A stretch of 64,000 bases of DNA from Deferribacterales bacterium (GTDB lineage: Bacteria; Chrysiogenota; Deferribacteres; Deferribacterales; Geovibrionaceae), in assembly GCA_050253075.1 (NCBI GenBank), contig JBFWJS010000003.1, positions 341,458 through 405,457 of the forward strand, in the 5' to 3' direction. Positions within the stretch are counted from its first letter, which is position 1. The number at the start of each line of letters is the position of its first letter. Of the stretch, positions 56,659 through 64,000 are shown one piece after another. A program made the translations under genes and the position numbers. Below the pieces are notes generated by a model. The model saw only the letters and a program-made list of their open reading frames with translations, was not told the DNA's origin and did not search any database.

Positions 56659-58482
56659 ATGAAGAAAATTGTATCTTTGATTCTTCTGGTTCTGTTCCCT
56701 GCATCTTTTGCATTTGCAGCGGACGTCACTCTTGAAGAACTGAAATCCCAGATTTCCTCTCTTCAGGATGAAGTACTTAAAATGTCTCGTCGCGTAGACA
56801 AAAACGAAGTTCACCGTATTAAAGATAAAGTTGATATCGGTGTAGAGCTTCGCTCCAGAGTCGACAGCATCTCTTATGATGACATGCTTGGACTTCCCGC
56901 TATGGCTAACGACATGATGGGGCTCTGGCTGAGAGACTATCTTGTTAACGATTCCGGTCCTGTTAATGACTGGGATGTTGACGGTGATGGTTTTAACGAT
57001 GCTTTTATGGCTACATACGGTGCTGATATGCAGGCACTTCTTATGCCTATGGCTCAGCAGATGGTTGCAGCAGATCCAACTATGGATATTAACACTGCTA
57101 TGAATGCTCTTTTCGGTGAGATGTATCAGATATTTGACTCAAATACCGTAACAAGCAGCCAGGCTGCAATGATGAAGGGCCTCTTCAACTCCATGAAGCC
57201 ACGCAAGTATGACCACAACAACAGCTCTATCTTTACAAACAAATTTAGAATTCGTCTTAACAGCTCTGTAAACGAGAACCTTTCTTTTACAGGTCGTCTT
57301 GCTATGTACAAAGTATGGGGCGATGCTACTGATGTTAGATGGAATAACGGTCAGTTTAACTCTATGTATCTCGATGGTAACGCTGCTGCTGTTCCTACAG
57401 ATGATAAAATCCACGTTGAAAGAGCTTACTTTGTTTACAAAAATGAGCTCGGTCCGGTAGACTGGCACCTTTCTCTTGGTAGAAGACCTTCTGCTTACGG
57501 CCCTGGTAAAGAAAGCTCTGAGTACTCCGGTCTCGGTGGTTCTCCTCTTGCTTCTATCATCCAGTGGAACTTCGACGGTGCTTCTCTCCAGTTCAACTTT
57601 GAGAACGTTTTCGAATTCCTTCCAGGTTCTTTCTTTAAAATCTGCTACGGTAGAGGATATGAATCTGATTGGGGCTCAAGCAACGCTTATGCTTCAAACA
57701 ACGGTCTTATCGCTACACCTGACGTAGACGACGTTGACCTTCTTGGTTTCATCGTTAAGTTCTACGATGATGATCAGTATAAATTCTGGTACAACTATTC
57801 TAGAGGCTTCGGTATGACTGACGGCTTCACAGGCGCAGTTGTTATGCCTTACGCTATCACAGGTATGGATTACAACCTTGACGGTCAATACGACGAATAT
57901 CAGTTTGATATGAACTCTTTCGGCTCTGCATCCAGAGTGGAAGCTACATCTAAAGTGGGTGACATGGAATGGCACTCTTTCATGGCTCAGGGTGAGACAT
58001 TCGGTTTTAACTGGTTTGCTTCTTACTCTCTGTCTAAATCTCACCCAGACGGTCAGTCTGCAAGTGCTATGTATCAGTTCATGGATATGGACAGAATGCT
58101 CGGCTCTAGAGACAGTGAGACAGGTCACAGTGTTTGGGTAGGTGTTATGACTCCTGAACTTCCATTTACAGGCGGTAAACTCGGATTCGAGTACAACCAA
58201 GGTTCTAAGTACTGGGTTGGTATGACAGGTGCTGAAGATGACCTCGTAGGCTCTAAAATCGCTGTTCGCGGTAAAGTTTACGACCTCTACTACCACCAGC
58301 CAATCGTGTCTGACAGACTGTTCATGACAGTTGGCTACCAGCACTTCGACTACGAATACACAGGCTCAGGTTCTTACCTTGGCGCTCCTGTGAAGATCGA
58401 AGACGCTACAGCTATGAACACTATGACAGCTGTTGCAGATAAAGTAGATAAATTCTACGCTTCTATGACATACAGATACTAA
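56659..58482 (+). CDS. DUF3373-like outer-membrane beta-barrel protein
   Basis: Signal peptide and coiled coil; GRLAMYKVWG, VERAYF, SLGRRPS, FDGASL and EYNQGSKYW motifs; terminal aromatic residue (TYRY). Confidence 0.75.
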   Translation: MKKIVSLILLVLFPASFAFAADVTLEELKSQISSLQDEVLKMSRRVDKNEVHRIKDKVDIGVELRSRVDSISYDDMLGLPAMANDMMGLWLRDYLVNDSGPVNDWDVDGDGFNDAFMATYGADMQALLMPMAQQMVAADPTMDINTAMNALFGEMYQIFDSNTVTSSQAAMMKGLFNSMKPRKYDHNNSSIFTNKFRIRLNSSVNENLSFTGRLAMYKVWGDATDVRWNNGQFNSMYLDGNAAAVPTDDKIHVERAYFVYKNELGPVDWHLSLGRRPSAYGPGKESSEYSGLGGSPLASIIQWNFDGASLQFNFENVFEFLPGSFFKICYGRGYESDWGSSNAYASNNGLIATPDVDDVDLLGFIVKFYDDDQYKFWYNYSRGFGMTDGFTGAVVMPYAITGMDYNLDGQYDEYQFDMNSFGSASRVEATSKVGDMEWHSFMAQGETFGFNWFASYSLSKSHPDGQSASAMYQFMDMDRMLGSRDSETGHSVWVGVMTPELPFTGGKLGFEYNQGSKYWVGMTGAEDDLVGSKIAVRGKVYDLYYHQPIVSDRLFMTVGYQHFDYEYTGSGSYLGAPVKIEDATAMNTMTAVADKVDKFYASMTYRY

Positions 58483-58508
58483 TCTGTACCTTAGAAGTTA
58501 ACATATTC

Positions 58509-58538
58509 AAAAGAGCAGCTCTCAGGGGCTGCTCTTTT
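58509..58538 (+). terminator. Intrinsic terminator
   Basis: AAAAGAGCAGCTCT-C-AGGGGCTGCTCTTTT. Confidence 0.7.
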
Positions 58539-59140
58539 AATTTCAGGCAGTAGTTTTACGTTTAGAAAGAGATTTGTGTTTCGATCAATCTAAGGTGTTT
58601 TAAAAGCCGTTTTCCGGCTCCTGTTATACCTTAATATATATACTCATCTGAAAAGCTCTTTTGTGCCTGTTTAAATATTGGCATTTTGCTTGGGATGGCA
58701 GTGTGGTTTTGGTATCGGGTTTAGACAATAATCGCATTAAAAATATCATCATAAGGTGTGTATCTTTTTTATATTTTTTCTGCTTTTGAAACAGAAATCT
58801 TCTAATTTCCATATATATGATTTTATACATAAATAGTGTTATTATAAAGTCATGTTGTGCATAAAGAATTAAGAAATAAAACTCGTTTCACTGGTGGAAT
58901 TACCTAGTAAGTTAGTAGTAATAACTAACTTTTGAAAATGAGTAGAAATATTCTTTAACTACAGTAATATATGTAAAATTGAAAGTATAGAAAACATAGT
59001 TATAAAATCCGAGTTCAGGCAGAAAAAACTGCTTGCATTACAACCATATGCTATGTATATTGTATACCGTATACAAAAACTGAACTGGCAAAAGTTTGTA
59101 AATAACTGATGATGTTATTGAAATACTAGGAGGTCCCTAT

Positions 59141-61471
59141 ATGAAGCTTTCCGGTATGAATCTGAGTCGTAGAAAATTTCTTGCGGCTTCAGGCGGTGCA
59201 GTCGCTGCAGGGGTATTCGCTGCGAATCTTACTACCTTTAAAGCAGTGGCCAGCGATGGTCATGCGCCCGCACCTACTGGTGAAAAAGGCGAAAAGCACA
59301 TCGCATCCTCATGTGAGATGTGTGTAAACAAATGCGGCTTTTACGCCCATGTTGTTGACGGCAGAGTTAAGAAACTTAACCCAAACCCAAAGTTCTTCAA
59401 AAGCCGTGCTATGCTCTGTGCACGTGGTAACGCCGGTGCTGAAGAGCCTTACAACCCAGAGAGACTTACAACTCCTCTCCTCAGAGTAGGCGAGAGAGGC
59501 GAAGGTAAATGGAAAAAGATATCTTACGATGAAGCTTTCAAAATCCTCGCTGAGAAACTTGCTGAAAACAAGGTTAAGCATGAGAACAGATCTTCTGTAC
59601 TCTTCGCATCTTCCGAAGGTTTTCAGGAAGAGTGTTTCCACTACCTTGTGCAGTCTTACGGTTCTACTAACACCGTCAGACACCCCACTCTGTGTCTTTC
59701 ATCCGTAATTCAGGGTTGGTCTTCTGTTTACGGTGTTTTCCCTGATGCAGATATGCACAACGCTATGTTCGCTGTTATGTTCGGTGCTAACAGAGCTGAA
59801 GCTATCGTTACACCTGACACAATAGATATTCAGAAGAACAGACCGAAAGGTCAGCAGATCGTTTACCTTGACCCTAGATTTACTGCTACAGCTGCTAAAG
59901 CTGACAAGTGGTATCCTATCAAGCCTGGTACCGACCTCGCTTTCGTTCTCGCTCTTATCAACGTAATCATTACTGAGAAACTCTACAACGAGTCTTTCGT
60001 AAACCAATACACACACGGCTTCGACGAACTCGTAGCACACATCAAACAGTACACTCCTGAGTGGGCTGAGAATGAGACAGAGATTTCAGCTGCTGAGATC
60101 TACTGGACAGCTAGAGAATTCGCTAAGTATGCTCCACGTTCTATCGCATACCCTGGCCGTAGAACAAGCTGGTACGTGAACGACGTTTACTTCCGTCGTG
60201 CCTGCGCCATCCTTACAGCTATCTGCGGATGCTGGGATACAGAAGGCGGCATATGCCCTAAAGCTGGCGCTCCTATTAAGAACAAAGATCTTCTCTTCCC
60301 ATACTTCGAAATGTCTGAAGGCAGAATCGATGTCGGTTCATACGGCGAGTTCGATAACCACATGCCTGACGATGCCAGAAAAGAGCAGGGTCTTCCTAAA
60401 GATTCTTGTACATACGTTTCTGAGAAAGACGGCTCTTGGCTGCGCCTCAGAGAAGCTATCCTCAGAGGTACAGGCTACCCTGTGGATATGATGGTTATCT
60501 ACAAGCAAAACTTCATCGAAGCTGTTCCTAACAGACAGAAGACAATGAAGATGATAGACAAGATGAACTTCATCTGTGCTATCGATATCCAGATGACAGA
60601 GGTTGCTCACTTTGCTGACCTCGTTATCCCAGAGTCCACATACCTTGAGCGTTGGGACTCTGTACACTCACTCGCAGGTATCTGGCCGATCGCAACATTC
60701 CGTCAGCCTGTTGTTGAGCCTGTATTCAAGACTAAGTCCATGTTCGAGATCGCAGCAGGCGTTGTTAACGAAATGCTGAAGATCCCTGAGCTTTGGGACG
60801 ATGCTGATGAGATGGAAGTTGACGATTTCAAATCTGAGATCGTAGACGGAATGCTCAACAAGCCTATGTCTGAATACATCAAATACCAGCTTTCCGGTCA
60901 CCCCGGTGCTTACGAGCAGATGATGAAAGAAGGCGTCTTCTACATGTCTGACAAGCCTAAATACGGCAACACACGTAAGCCTGGTTTCAGATTTAAGACA
61001 AGAACAGGTAAAATAGAGCTTGCTAACGTTAAATACCCAGGCGAAGGTCTTGATGCGCTTCCAACATACGCAGCGCCTCGTCAGCCTGAACCGGGTAAAT
61101 TCCGTTTCATACTCGGCCGTCACGGATGGAACACACACTCCGGTACACAGAACAACGAGTTCCTCTGGGAAATCCAGAAGGTCAACACTCTCTGGATCAA
61201 CACAGTTTCTGCTAAGAAACTCGGCATAATGAACGGAGACAAAGTAAAGGTTAAGTCAAGTGTCGGTGAGCAAGAGATCGAAGCTTACGTGACAGAGAAG
61301 ATACGCCCTGACTGCGTATTCTACGCTCACGGTTTCGGACGTCTCTCTCCACAGCTTAGCCTTGTGTACAAAAAAGGTGCTTCACAGGCAGAGATCCTCG
61401 AAGATTACATCGAGCCAATCTCTGGTAACGCTGCTCTGCACGAAACATTTGTAACAATCACTAAGGCTTAA
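59141..61471 (+). CDS. psrA: Molybdopterin oxidoreductase catalytic subunit, polysulfide/thiosulfate reductase (PsrA/PhsA/SrrA) type
   Basis: Tat signal SRRKFL; CEMCVNKC...LCARG FS0 cluster; HPTLC Mo-ligand region; DPRFT, IKPGTD and PESTYLER motifs. Confidence 0.8.
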   Translation: MKLSGMNLSRRKFLAASGGAVAAGVFAANLTTFKAVASDGHAPAPTGEKGEKHIASSCEMCVNKCGFYAHVVDGRVKKLNPNPKFFKSRAMLCARGNAGAEEPYNPERLTTPLLRVGERGEGKWKKISYDEAFKILAEKLAENKVKHENRSSVLFASSEGFQEECFHYLVQSYGSTNTVRHPTLCLSSVIQGWSSVYGVFPDADMHNAMFAVMFGANRAEAIVTPDTIDIQKNRPKGQQIVYLDPRFTATAAKADKWYPIKPGTDLAFVLALINVIITEKLYNESFVNQYTHGFDELVAHIKQYTPEWAENETEISAAEIYWTAREFAKYAPRSIAYPGRRTSWYVNDVYFRRACAILTAICGCWDTEGGICPKAGAPIKNKDLLFPYFEMSEGRIDVGSYGEFDNHMPDDARKEQGLPKDSCTYVSEKDGSWLRLREAILRGTGYPVDMMVIYKQNFIEAVPNRQKTMKMIDKMNFICAIDIQMTEVAHFADLVIPESTYLERWDSVHSLAGIWPIATFRQPVVEPVFKTKSMFEIAAGVVNEMLKIPELWDDADEMEVDDFKSEIVDGMLNKPMSEYIKYQLSGHPGAYEQMMKEGVFYMSDKPKYGNTRKPGFRFKTRTGKIELANVKYPGEGLDALPTYAAPRQPEPGKFRFILGRHGWNTHSGTQNNEFLWEIQKVNTLWINTVSAKKLGIMNGDKVKVKSSVGEQEIEAYVTEKIRPDCVFYAHGFGRLSPQLSLVYKKGASQAEILEDYIEPISGNAALHETFVTITKA

Positions 61472-61482
61472 CGGAGGCAACA

Positions 61483-62037
61483 ATGAGCGAAAAGAAATAC
61501 GGAATTGTATTAGATGCTAGAAAATGCCTGAACTGTAAAGCATGTACTGTTGCCTGCAAATTCGAAAACGGCGTTCACCCCGGTGACGACTCATACAGAA
61601 TTTGGGTCACAGAAAAGCCTGTTCAGGGAACTTTTCCTAACCTCAGCATGGAATTTGAGCCATCTCAGTGCCAGCACTGTGAAAATACACCTTGTGCGAC
61701 AGTATGTCCTACTTCTGCTACTTACAAGACAGAAGAGGGCGTTGTACTCATCGACTACAAAAAGTGTATCCTTTGCAAGGCTTGTATGACAGCATGTCCA
61801 TACGATGCGAGATTCGACTCTCATGCACACCATGCAATAGAAAAATGTACACTCTGCTACCACAGACTGGCTGAAGGCAGAGAGCCTGCATGTGTTGAAA
61901 CATGCCCAACGAAGGTACGTACATTCGGCGATCTTAACGATCCAAACTCAGAAGTAGCAAAACTCAAAGGCGAGAACCACACTTACCAGCTTAAAGCTGA
62001 TAAAGGCACTCACCCTAGACTTTTCTACATCAAGTAA
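61483..62037 (+). CDS. psrB: 4x[4Fe-4S] electron transfer subunit
   Basis: CLNCKAC..AC, CQHCENTPC..VCP, CILCKAC..ACP and CTLC...PACVETCP motifs. Confidence 0.85.
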   Translation: MSEKKYGIVLDARKCLNCKACTVACKFENGVHPGDDSYRIWVTEKPVQGTFPNLSMEFEPSQCQHCENTPCATVCPTSATYKTEEGVVLIDYKKCILCKACMTACPYDARFDSHAHHAIEKCTLCYHRLAEGREPACVETCPTKVRTFGDLNDPNSEVAKLKGENHTYQLKADKGTHPRLFYIK

Positions 62038-62052
62038 GGCGGAGGATTAATA

Positions 62053-63264
62053 ATGTCAGCACACGCAGAAACAAAGAAAAGCCCACTCGCTGGACTTATC
62101 ACTTACAATAAAGATATTCCTGTAATGCCGCTTATTTTTCTCGGCCTTGTACTCGCAGGAATAGGCGCTGTCACAGCCCTTATGGTTTTCATAAAGGGTC
62201 ACGGCGAAATGTATGGAGTTACACGTCAGGTTCCATGGGGAATGCTCATCGGTACTTACGCTTACTTCGTAATTACATCTACAGGTCTCGCTTTCATAGG
62301 CGGTCTCGGACACGCTTTCGGATTTGAGGCTTATAACAAAATAAGCAGAAGAATCGTTGTACTTGCTACATTCGTTCTTCTCGCAGGTTTCACACAGATC
62401 CTTATGGAGATCGGACACCCTATCAGAATGATCATCTACATGATGCTCTCTCCAAACCTGAAAGCTCCGATCCTCTGGATGGGTGTGTTCTACTCTATCG
62501 AGCTTGTTATCCTTGCTCTTGAGCTTCTGGTTGTTTTCAAAGCTCACCCGACAGAGAAGGATCACAAAATGGCTGGTATCCTCGGATTCCTCGCACTTGT
62601 AGTGGGTACACTCGCTACATCTAACCTTGGTTTCGTTTTCGGTTCTCTGAATGCAAGACCTTGGTTCCACGGAATCTACTTCTCCACATTCCTTGTAATA
62701 TCAGGTATCGTGGCTGGAGCCGGTCTCCTTATGCTCGTACACAACATCGTCTACAAGTTCAACGTACCTGCTGAACTCGACAAGACAATGAAAGCCCTCG
62801 CTAAGCTCATGGGCGGCGGTATAGGCATGATGGCATTCCTTTACCTCTGGAAGATACTTACATCTCTGTTCAATGCTCCTCTCGGCGCATACGAGTCAGT
62901 TATGGCACTTATCTCCGGCCCGCTTGCTGTAAACTTCTGGGTAGGCGAGATGGGACTTGCTATCATAGTTCCGCTTCTTCTCCTTATCGTAGCCAAAGGC
63001 AACACAAAGATATACGGCCTCGCAGGTCTTATCTACATGGTTGGTCTTTTCTTCACAAGATTTGACTTTATCGTTGCCGGCCAGCTCCCTGTAATGAGAG
63101 AAGGCTTCGAAGGTTCTAACGTTATAACTGACGCTAGCGGCCTTGCTCAGTACACAGCATCAGCAGGTGAGTGGGGAATATTCCTGCTCGGTATAGGTAC
63201 TGCACTAGTGCTCTATTTCGCAGCTGAGAAATTCCTTGATCTCAAAACACCTGAGCATCATTAA
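62053..63264 (+). CDS. psrC: NrfD/PsrC family membrane anchor
   Basis: VPWG..I..Y.YF, EIGHPIR, PILWM and ARPWF motifs; about 10 TM helices. Confidence 0.82.
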   Translation: MSAHAETKKSPLAGLITYNKDIPVMPLIFLGLVLAGIGAVTALMVFIKGHGEMYGVTRQVPWGMLIGTYAYFVITSTGLAFIGGLGHAFGFEAYNKISRRIVVLATFVLLAGFTQILMEIGHPIRMIIYMMLSPNLKAPILWMGVFYSIELVILALELLVVFKAHPTEKDHKMAGILGFLALVVGTLATSNLGFVFGSLNARPWFHGIYFSTFLVISGIVAGAGLLMLVHNIVYKFNVPAELDKTMKALAKLMGGGIGMMAFLYLWKILTSLFNAPLGAYESVMALISGPLAVNFWVGEMGLAIIVPLLLLIVAKGNTKIYGLAGLIYMVGLFFTRFDFIVAGQLPVMREGFEGSNVITDASGLAQYTASAGEWGIFLLGIGTALVLYFAAEKFLDLKTPEHH

Positions 63265-63286
63265 TAGCTAAAGCTATCAAACATAT

Positions 63287-63315
63287 AAGGCAGCCTTCGG
63301 GCTGCCTTTTTTTTT
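63287..63315 (+). terminator. Intrinsic terminator after psrC
   Basis: AAGGCAGCC-TTCG-GGCTGCCTT followed by a T tract. Confidence 0.85.
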
Positions 63316-63563
63316 GCAAAAAATCTAGCAGATTGTATACAATAAACATTGCACTAAGTATAATATGGTGTATAATCAAACTGTTGTTGAAAATAATAAT
63401 CCGTGAGTGTGGATCTCTAAGCGATTGTTATTAAAACAATAATATGCAAGTATAGAGAAATATGAATACTCAAATATAAGAGTATTTGAATATCTGTATA
63501 CAGCGAATATAACATTGTTATAGGTAAAGTAGCAAGAATCATTAGAAACGTTGGAGGTTGTAT

Positions 63564-64000
63564 ATGCGTTTTATGAGCAGAATGCTTACTGTTGTTGCAC
63601 TTATGATTACCCTTATGGTGCTTGGTTGTGGTCAGGCAGCCAAAGAACCTGCGAAAGCAGCTCCTATGAGCGTAGCTGATCAAGCTAAGGCTGCTGGTTT
63701 TGAGATCGTTGATCTCGCAGAAGCTAAAATGATCGTTGGTAACGGAGTATGGGACAAAGCAAGAGGTACTCTTGTTGATGCTCGTCCAGAAAGAAAATTC
63801 GACGAAGGTCACATCCCTACATCTAAACTTATCCCAGATACAAAATTCGATGAATTCTTCCCTGCATTTGCAAAAGAAGTCGGCACAGGTGACTATATCG
63901 TTACTTTCTGCGGCGGTCTTAAATGTGAGAAGTCTCTCATCGTAGCTGAGAAACTCAGAGAAAAAGGTTACAAGAACGTTAAGATATTCCTCGCCGGTCA
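63564..64000 (+). CDS. Rhodanese-domain lipoprotein (sulfurtransferase); runs off the window end
   Basis: Absent from the ORF track. Manual reading gives MRFMSRMLTVVALMITLMVLGC (lipobox), LVDARP..F..GHIP, FCGGLKCEKS and GYKNV. Confidence 0.88.
   Translation, partial: MRFMSRMLTVVALMITLMVLGCGQAAKEPAKAAPMSVADQAKAAGFEIVDLAEAKMIVGNGVWDKARGTLVDARPERKFDEGHIPTSKLIPDTKFDEFFPAFAKEVGTGDYIVTFCGGLKCEKSLIVAEKLREKGYKNVKIFLAG

Noticed and set aside
58624..58830. 68-aa minus-strand ORF upstream of psrA
   Set aside because: AT-rich regulatory DNA with no RBS or motifs; likely spurious.
53139..64000. Selenocysteine recoding in the sulfur cluster
   Set aside because: The ORFs are uninterrupted with Cys at the catalytic positions, and no in-frame TGA was seen.

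Overview
Bacterial chromosomal window. Gene content suggests an anaerobic Gram-negative respirer, plausibly Deferribacterota, which is an inference only. There are three zones. (1) Positions 1-16.6 kb are the right-hand part of an integrative defence island inserted at tRNA-Leu(CAG). It carries a DUF4011-SF1 helicase-Vsr-like (Hhe-type) gene running off the window edge and a type I R-M operon. A PIN-like gene and an HTH/nucleotidyltransferase pair sit between hsdS and hsdR. A YgjP-like metallohydrolase and a compact Rep-Xis-Int module follow. (2) Positions 16.8-53 kb are mostly core genes: argS, amtB, surE, TPR/ExbBD/TonB, bioDA/bioF-H-C, actP and rpsT. This zone also has small unknown proteins with sigma54 or sigma28 promoters and two kinds of palindromic repeats. 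(3) Positions 53-64 kb are a sulfur-respiration cluster: a cytochrome-like protein lacking CxxCH, FccAB, a TorD-type chaperone, a DUF3373-like outer-membrane protein, PsrABC-like genes and a rhodanese lipoprotein. Its transcription units share a TGTATA(T/C)(T/C)GTATACAA motif that also occurs upstream of actP. All family assignments come from motif recognition by eye; no database searches were run.
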